Shown: positions 39,925 through 45,891 of the stretch, one piece after another | How positions within the stretch are numbered: the first letter of the stretch is position 1 | Layout: the number at the start of each line of letters is the position of its first letter | NCBI GenBank assembly: GCA_017610405.1 | Contig: JAFCCD010000001.1 | Coordinates: 1-45,891 of the forward strand | Length of the DNA: 45,891 nt | Source of the DNA: Nanobdellota archaeon | GTDB taxonomy: Archaea > Nanobdellota > Nanobdellia > Pacearchaeales > GW2011-AR1 | Direction: 5' to 3' | Made by a program: the position numbers and the translations under genes | The notes under the pieces: generated by a model | Told to the model about the DNA's origin: nothing | What the model saw: the letters and a program-made list of their open reading frames with translations, nothing else | The model's database searches: none

Positions 39925-42807
39925 ATGAGTGAAAAAGATTCTATAAAAATAAACTTTGGTAAATTATTTCCAAATAAACCAACCTTAATATTTTCCATAT
40001 TATTTTTTATCTCACTTTTTATTAATCTTCTAAGTGTTTTAAAAATAAGTTTTGGAATTCCAATAATGGGTCAATTTCTTTCTATTTTTCCATCTTTACT
40101 TTTGTGGACTCTGAGTTTAGCCTTAGCAATCTCTGCAATACTTGCTTATTTTAAGAAATTTAAATTCATGTTTTTACCAATAATAATTTGGCTACTCCTT
40201 ACATCTGTAATTGTCAGAACACCTAATATAGCTCAATTAAAAGATATAACAACAGGAGAATGGACTCTTGCTCCTGATTTAGATCCTTTTTTATATCTAA
40301 GACTTGCACAAAACATCAATGATGGAACTCTTCAAAATCCTGATGTAATAAGATATGCTCCTATTGGTGCAAAAAATTATGCCTTGCAAAATCTTATGCC
40401 TTTGACTATCTTTTCTATTTATAAAATAATGTCGATTTTTAAAGAAACATCTTTAACTTATGCAGCAATAATAACCCCTGTAATTCTCTTTTTTGCTTCT
40501 TGTATTGGATTTTTGTTGTTTGTTAAAGTTCTAGGCTCATTAAAATTCTCCAAAAAAAAATCATGGTTATTTGCCATTATAGCAACACTGTTTTATATTT
40601 TTATTCCAGCAATGCTCCATAGAACTGTTGCAGGAGTTCCTGAAATTGAAAGTCTTGGTTTGGTTTGGTTTTGGCTTGCATTTTTATTCTTTGTTATGGC
40701 ATGGAAAGAAATAAAATCAAAGAAAATAATTACTTATGGAATTTTATCAGGAATTTTCACAGGATTAATGTCTTGGAGTTGGGGGGGATATAGATATATT
40801 TATATGGTTATTGGGCTTACTACTCTTTTAATTTTTTTATTTCAAAAAGATAGAATAAAGAATAGAAAAATTTTGCTTTCTTGGGTAATCCCTGCACTAT
40901 TAATAGTTTTATTACAAACAAAAAATATCCAATCTCTTTTGACAAGTATGAGTGATACTGGATTTGGTTTTTTTGTTTTGTTTTTAATTCTAATTGATTT
41001 TATCTTGTTTGATACAAAATTAAAAAATAAAATAAAAATAGAAAAAATTAATTTTCCAAGATCAATAGTGAGTTCAGTAATTGGTATATTAATTTTGGTT
41101 TTAGTTTTATTAATTTTCGAACCTAATTTTTTAATTAATGCAATAAAGGATATATTTGAAAGATTATTATATCCTTTTGGAAGAGCAAGGGTTGGATTAA
41201 CTGTTGCAGAAAATAGGGTTCCTTATCTTATAGAAATTTTACAAAGATTTGGTTCTTTTTTATGGGTTTTTGTTATTGGAACAATAGTGATATTTTACGA
41301 GGCATTTAAAAAATTCAAGTTAAAACAGAAAATGATTCTTAATGGATTTTTTATATTATTTATTCTTGGAGCAGTATTTAGTAAATATTCTCCAACAAGT
41401 ATTTTAAATGGGGTTAGTTTCTTCTCTAAATTAATTTATATGGGCGGATTGTTAGTCTTTGGTTTTGTATTGTTGTATACTATTTCAAAAGCACATGTAA
41501 AAAAAGATGAGAAAATACTACAAAATTTTAAAGAAATTAATTTTTTATACATTTTTCTGCTAGTCCTTTCTTTTTGGGCAATTATATCTATGAAAGGGGC
41601 TATTAGATTATTTTTTATAATTTCTCCTATTATTATTTTAATTTCTAGTTTTTTGTTTGTCAATATATTAGATTATAAAGAAAAAAATAAAAATAATAGT
41701 TCAAAAAAACTAACAGCTTTAATAGTTTTAGGGGTTTTAATCATAATCCTGGCTGGAAATTTTGTTGATTATTCTATTAAGACGGTTTCTGAAGCAAAAA
41801 ATACTGTTCCAGGAATATATGAAAAACAATGGCAATCTACAATGGCATGGGTTAGAGAAAATACCATTGTAGAATCTATATTTGTTCATTGGTGGGATTA
41901 TGGATATTGGATTCAAACACTAGGGGAACGAGCAACTGTAACAGATGGGGGACATTTTATTGGTTACTGGCCTCATTTAATAGGAAGATATGTATTAACT
42001 ACCCCTTATCCAGAAACAGCCCTTAGTTTTATGAAATCACATAATGTATCTCATCTTTTAATTGATTCTACAGACCTTGGAAAATATAGTGCTTATTCAA
42101 GCATTGGAAGTGATGAAACAGGGGTAGATAGGCTTTCTCAGATTCCAATTATGAATTTAGATCCAAATCAAATAAATAAAAATGAAGATAAAGAGATAAG
42201 GGTTTACCAAGGAGGTGTTTTTGTTGATGAAGATATAATTTATGAACAAGGTGACCAAAAAATATTTTTGCCTGCAACTAAAGCAGCAATTGCAGGAGTA
42301 ATAATTGAATTTTCAGAAAAAAACAAGAATCTTTCTTTTAGTCAAGCACGAGGTATTTTTGTTTATAATAATCAACAGATGATTATTCCTATTAGGTATA
42401 TTTATTTTAAAGGTGAGCTTATTGATCTTGGTGGTGGTTTGAACGCTGCTGTCCAAATTATCCCTTCTGTTAGTTCACCAGGGCAAAATTTTCAAATTGA
42501 TAATCTTGGTGCAGTAATTTATTTATCGCCAAAAGTTTATAGCAGTTTATTTACTCAACTCTATTTAATGAATGATCCTCTTAATAAATACCCTACAATA
42601 AAACCAGCTCATTTTGAACAAGACCCATTAATTCTTAATTTAAGAGTTCAGGGAGCAGATATAAGAGAATTTTTATATTATGGTGGTTTTAGAGGACCTA
42701 TAAAAATATGGAAAGTAAACTATCCTGTGAATATTCTTGCAAAAGAAGAATTTCTAAGAACAGAAGGAGAATTTGCAGAATTTGATGATTTAAAGTTTAT
42801 TAAATAA
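39925..42807 (+). CDS. aglB: Oligosaccharyltransferase AglB (STT3 family)
   Basis: 960 aa with an N-terminal polytopic domain, the catalytic 'WWDYGYW' motif in 'FVHWWDYGYWIQTLGERATVTDGGH', and a large C-terminal soluble domain. Confidence 0.92.
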   Translation: MSEKDSIKINFGKLFPNKPTLIFSILFFISLFINLLSVLKISFGIPIMGQFLSIFPSLLLWTLSLALAISAILAYFKKFKFMFLPIIIWLLLTSVIVRTPNIAQLKDITTGEWTLAPDLDPFLYLRLAQNINDGTLQNPDVIRYAPIGAKNYALQNLMPLTIFSIYKIMSIFKETSLTYAAIITPVILFFASCIGFLLFVKVLGSLKFSKKKSWLFAIIATLFYIFIPAMLHRTVAGVPEIESLGLVWFWLAFLFFVMAWKEIKSKKIITYGILSGIFTGLMSWSWGGYRYIYMVIGLTTLLIFLFQKDRIKNRKILLSWVIPALLIVLLQTKNIQSLLTSMSDTGFGFFVLFLILIDFILFDTKLKNKIKIEKINFPRSIVSSVIGILILVLVLLIFEPNFLINAIKDIFERLLYPFGRARVGLTVAENRVPYLIEILQRFGSFLWVFVIGTIVIFYEAFKKFKLKQKMILNGFFILFILGAVFSKYSPTSILNGVSFFSKLIYMGGLLVFGFVLLYTISKAHVKKDEKILQNFKEINFLYIFLLVLSFWAIISMKGAIRLFFIISPIIILISSFLFVNILDYKEKNKNNSSKKLTALIVLGVLIIILAGNFVDYSIKTVSEAKNTVPGIYEKQWQSTMAWVRENTIVESIFVHWWDYGYWIQTLGERATVTDGGHFIGYWPHLIGRYVLTTPYPETALSFMKSHNVSHLLIDSTDLGKYSAYSSIGSDETGVDRLSQIPIMNLDPNQINKNEDKEIRVYQGGVFVDEDIIYEQGDQKIFLPATKAAIAGVIIEFSEKNKNLSFSQARGIFVYNNQQMIIPIRYIYFKGELIDLGGGLNAAVQIIPSVSSPGQNFQIDNLGAVIYLSPKVYSSLFTQLYLMNDPLNKYPTIKPAHFEQDPLILNLRVQGADIREFLYYGGFRGPIKIWKVNYPVNILAKEEFLRTEGEFAEFDDLKFIK

Positions 42808-42877
42808 TTTAATATAAAAAATAACTTATAGATTGTTTCTTCATAAGCTTTAAAATAAGACATTTTCTAGAAAAGAT

Positions 42878-43927
42878 ATGAACAAATCTTCAAATATAGC
42901 TATTATAATAGGTACAAAGGCAGAACTTATCAAATGTATACCTGTTATGTTGGAATTGCAAAAACAGAAAAAAGAATATTGGTTTATTCACACTGGCCAG
43001 CATTCTCTTGGAGAAGCATGTACAGAATTTGGAGTTAAAAAACCAGATTTTATTTTAAGTAAAGAACCTGATAGAAGTACTAAATTTTGGTCTAAAATAA
43101 ACAGAAATTCTTTGATATGGTTTTTACAAATGATTCCAAAAATAAGAAGGTCTTTAAAAAAATTAAAACTCAAATACATTATTTATCATGGAGATACTAT
43201 GAGTACAGCTGCTGCCTCTATTGCTTCAAGTAAGCTTCTTAATCTAAAAAAGACATGGGAAAGTGTTCATTTAGAAGCAGGGTTAAGATCTGGCTCTTTA
43301 TTCGAGCCTTTTCCAGAAGAACTTTCCAGGATAATAAGTGATAAATTTTCTGATATCCTTTTAGCTGTTTCTGATTTAACAGAGAAAAATCTACAAAAAT
43401 ATAAAAATAAGAAAAAAATATTAAAAATTGGAAATACTATAATTGATTCTGCTCTTTTATCTTATGACCAAGCTAAAAAAAAGGGGTTTAAAAAGATTAA
43501 ATCACGATATGCGTTAATAAATATTCATCGGCATGAAAATATCAAAAACAAAGAAAGACTTGAAAAGATTATTAAGATATTGAATGCAGTAAAAATAAAT
43601 GCCATATGGCCTTTACATGCAAATACTGCAAGAGCCATAGAAGAATTTGGATTTGCCAACAAAGTAAAAAATATGAAAAACATTCAATTAAAATCTTTAA
43701 CTAATTATGATAACTTTATCTTTCTTCTTGCTAATTGTGAATATTTAATAACTGACGGAGGAAGTATACAAGAAGAAAGCCTTGTTTTCAAAAAACCATG
43801 TATTTTGTTGAGGAAAAAAACAGAAAGGCAAGAAGGTCTAAGTACAGGAATTAATTTTTTAACAAATTTAAAAAATCCTTATGGTAAAAAAGAATTAAGT
43901 AAAAAGATAATAAATATTTTAAAATAA
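42878..43927 (+). CDS. wecB: UDP-N-acetylglucosamine 2-epimerase (WecB/MnaA-like)
   Basis: 'IAIIIGTKAELIKCIPVM', 'IHTGQH', 'VHLEAGLRS', 'TDGGSIQEES'. Confidence 0.8.
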   Translation: MNKSSNIAIIIGTKAELIKCIPVMLELQKQKKEYWFIHTGQHSLGEACTEFGVKKPDFILSKEPDRSTKFWSKINRNSLIWFLQMIPKIRRSLKKLKLKYIIYHGDTMSTAAASIASSKLLNLKKTWESVHLEAGLRSGSLFEPFPEELSRIISDKFSDILLAVSDLTEKNLQKYKNKKKILKIGNTIIDSALLSYDQAKKKGFKKIKSRYALINIHRHENIKNKERLEKIIKILNAVKINAIWPLHANTARAIEEFGFANKVKNMKNIQLKSLTNYDNFIFLLANCEYLITDGGSIQEESLVFKKPCILLRKKTERQEGLSTGINFLTNLKNPYGKKELSKKIINILK

Positions 43928-43928
43928 A

Positions 43929-44687
43929 ATGAAGACAGCAATAATAGGATATACTGGATTTGTGGGGGGTAATTTATTAAAAAATAATAAATTTGAAGGG
44001 CTATATAATTCTAAAAATATTGAAGATATTCAGAATAAAAATTATAATTTAATCATCTGTGCAGGTGTTCCTGCTGAAAAATGGAGAGCAAACAGAGAAC
44101 CTGAAAAAGACAGGAAAAATATTGGGAGATTGATGAAAAGTTTAGAAAACGTGGATGCTAATGAATTTATTCTTATTTCCACAATAGATGTTTATCCAAA
44201 TCCAATAGGAGTTAATGAAGATACTGTAATCAATAAAGAATTTTTAAGTCCTTATGGATTAAATAGGAAACTTCTTGAAGAGTTTGTACAAAGGGAGTTC
44301 AATTCAAAAATAATAAGACTTCCTGGATTATTTGGGAGAAATTTGAAGAAAAATTTTATATTTGATATGATAAATAAGACAAATTTTGATAAAACCCATC
44401 AAGATAGTGTTTTCCAATATTATCCTATAAAAAGATTATGGGGAGAAATTATTAAAACTAAAAAAATAGGAACAAAATTAATCAACATAGCTACAGAACC
44501 AATTAGTGCAAAAGAAATTTCTAGAAAAATTTTTGGATTTGAATTCAAGAATAATTTACAAGGACCTGCATCAATATATGATGTGAGAACGAAATATGCA
44601 GATAAATGGGGTGGAAAAATAAATTATTTATATAATAAAAAAGTAATTTTGGATGATTTAACTCAATTTGTGGGGAAGATAAAATAA
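43929..44687 (+). CDS. Short NAD(P)-binding SDR-like sugar epimerase/reductase
   Basis: N-terminal Rossmann motif 'MKTAIIGYTGFVGGNLL' and 'SPYGLNRKLLEEFV' (RmlD/epimerase-like). It lies in a glycan biosynthesis context. Confidence 0.5.
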   Translation: MKTAIIGYTGFVGGNLLKNNKFEGLYNSKNIEDIQNKNYNLIICAGVPAEKWRANREPEKDRKNIGRLMKSLENVDANEFILISTIDVYPNPIGVNEDTVINKEFLSPYGLNRKLLEEFVQREFNSKIIRLPGLFGRNLKKNFIFDMINKTNFDKTHQDSVFQYYPIKRLWGEIIKTKKIGTKLINIATEPISAKEISRKIFGFEFKNNLQGPASIYDVRTKYADKWGGKINYLYNKKVILDDLTQFVGKIK

Positions 44688-45823
44688 TGGAAGATACAAA
44701 AAAAATACAGAAAAAACCTAACGAAGGAGATTTAAAAAAACATCCTGGACAGTTATTCAGGGAGTTATGGGATGAAAAAAATATAAAAAGAGAATTAAAG
44801 AGGGCTAAACAAGTAGGGGAAATGCCTTTTTTCAATCTCGACAAGATAGAATTGCACCCTGCAAAATCTTGTAATCTACGATGCTCTTTCTGTTATGGAA
44901 AGGATGTTGTCCCAGATAAAAAAGATAGAAGAATTTTATCATTAAACAACATTGAAAAAATTTTGACAGATGTGAGAGAAAATATGCCTAACGAAGAACC
45001 TTTAATAATTTATGCAGGATTATACAGCGAACCTTTATTACATCCAAACATAGATGAGGTGATAAAAACTACAGGAATAAAAGGATTTAGACAAGGTATA
45101 TATACAAATGGCCTATTGATGGAAAAAATTTTGATAGAAGAAATAGCAGAAGCCGCAATAAAAAATAGAAATAATAAACCATCTTATATAGTGTTTAATG
45201 TTACTGCCTCAATTGTTTCTGAAAAACATGAAAAAAATTTATCCACTCTACTTAATAATATCGAAGAGATTTCTAAAGTTAAGGAAAAAATAAATTCTCC
45301 TTTATTACTCAATTGCTCTTTACATGCTATTGCAGAAAAAGAAGATCATTATAGAGAGGTTGCTTTAAAATTAAAAGATATTGGGGTAAACAACATAAGA
45401 TTATCTTTTCCTTGGGGGCCTCAAATAAATGAATCAAATCAGATGGGAGTAAATTTAACAAGAAAACAATATATAGAATATGAGAATCAATTTCAAGAAT
45501 TAGAGAAAGAGTTTCCTAGCTTAATTAGTATAAGATATCCTCCAAAAAAATTATTTAATAAATGTTTTGTTGGTACACTAGGAATGTCAATCAGTTCTGA
45601 AGGAGATATTTTTCCATGCCCAGAAGTTTCATCATTATTATTCAAGAAGACACATTCTTATGGGTCAATACATGAAAAGAAAATATCTGAAATTTGGCAT
45701 GGGAAAGAACATAGAGAATTATTTTTAAGATTGAACCCATATACTGTAGAAAAGCCTTGTGTTTGTTGTCATACAGACGAAGATCTTAATAAAAAGTTTG
45801 CACAATTTTGGTCATCAGAGTAA
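44687..45823 (+). CDS. Radical SAM protein with a Cys-rich (SPASM/twitch-like) C-terminal region
   Basis: CxxxCxxC in 'KSCNLRCSFCYG'. C-terminal cysteines occur in 'NKCFVG...GDIFPCPE...EKPCVCCHTDE'. Its start overlaps the previous stop (ATAATG). Confidence 0.8.
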   Translation: MEDTKKIQKKPNEGDLKKHPGQLFRELWDEKNIKRELKRAKQVGEMPFFNLDKIELHPAKSCNLRCSFCYGKDVVPDKKDRRILSLNNIEKILTDVRENMPNEEPLIIYAGLYSEPLLHPNIDEVIKTTGIKGFRQGIYTNGLLMEKILIEEIAEAAIKNRNNKPSYIVFNVTASIVSEKHEKNLSTLLNNIEEISKVKEKINSPLLLNCSLHAIAEKEDHYREVALKLKDIGVNNIRLSFPWGPQINESNQMGVNLTRKQYIEYENQFQELEKEFPSLISIRYPPKKLFNKCFVGTLGMSISSEGDIFPCPEVSSLLFKKTHSYGSIHEKKISEIWHGKEHRELFLRLNPYTVEKPCVCCHTDEDLNKKFAQFWSSE

Positions 45824-45891
45824 ATTTTTGCTGCTTCGCTTTGATGATTTAAAAAATCAATCTTTCAGGGCTTCATCATAAATTTTTCTTA

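Noticed and set aside
45824-45891. C/D-box-like strings on the minus strand (ATGATGA ... CTGA) and a possible 11-codon tail of a convergent gene ending at 45857
   Set aside because: The box-like elements are only 4 nt apart, with no guide-length spacers or C'/D' pair, so this is not a credible C/D sRNA. Eleven codons at a window edge cannot support a CDS call.
1-45891. CRISPR arrays, rRNA genes, IS elements, toxin-antitoxin or known defence systems
   Set aside because: I looked for regularly spaced direct repeats, long GC-rich structured stretches, terminal inverted repeats and transposase or nuclease motifs, and found none. The repetitive 'aaagaa'-type DNA is coding K/E low complexity.

Overview
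This is a visibly AT-rich archaeal chromosome segment (roughly 30% GC by eye, not computed) with tightly packed genes. All calls come from reading the translated ORFs and DNA by eye; no search or HMM was run. Most of it is core information-processing DNA. It holds a complete archaeal-type ribosomal protein operon (L3-L4-L23-L2-S19-L22-S3-L29-SUI1-S17-L14-L24-S4e-L5-S14-S8-L6-L32e-L19e-L18-S5-L30-L15-SecY, followed by a DUF106/YidC-like protein and prefoldin alpha). It also holds L1-L10(P0)-L12(P1) and a minus-strand block ftsZ-secE-[764-aa surface protein]-spt5-L11-tRNAPro-L37Ae-rpoP-prefoldin beta-sepF. Other core genes are aIF5A-L40e-S2P protease and tRNA-Thr and tRNA-Ser. Four short conserved genes fall below the ORF-track cutoff and were read directly from the DNA: rpoP, secE, rpl40e and rpl29. 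Less ordinary parts: (i) A cell-envelope neighbourhood at 1-6.3 kb contains a frameshifted S-layer-like gene, two paralogous membrane-anchored proteins, and a miniature archaeosortase-like protein next to a secreted protein with a non-canonical C-terminal sorting tail. (ii) A large secreted cadherin-like plus PD40 beta-propeller protein with its own promoter sits inside the normally conserved secE-spt5 linkage. (iii) A two-gene orphan cassette (15.9-17.1 kb) has a 3' end that is a sharp GC-rich, foreign-codon patch. (iv) Two of the three genes of the archaeal AMP salvage (RuBisCO-linked) pathway are present. (v) An N-glycosylation cluster (GT4 phosphotransferase, AglB, UDP-GlcNAc 2-epimerase, an SDR-like protein and a radical SAM/SPASM enzyme) lies at 38.8-45.8 kb. 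The gene content, K/E-rich extensions on many ribosomal proteins and leaderless-looking promoters suggest a small-genome DPANN-type archaeon (Pace-/Woesearchaeota-like); this is inference. I saw no CRISPR array, rRNA, transposase or integrase, and no recognisable defence island.
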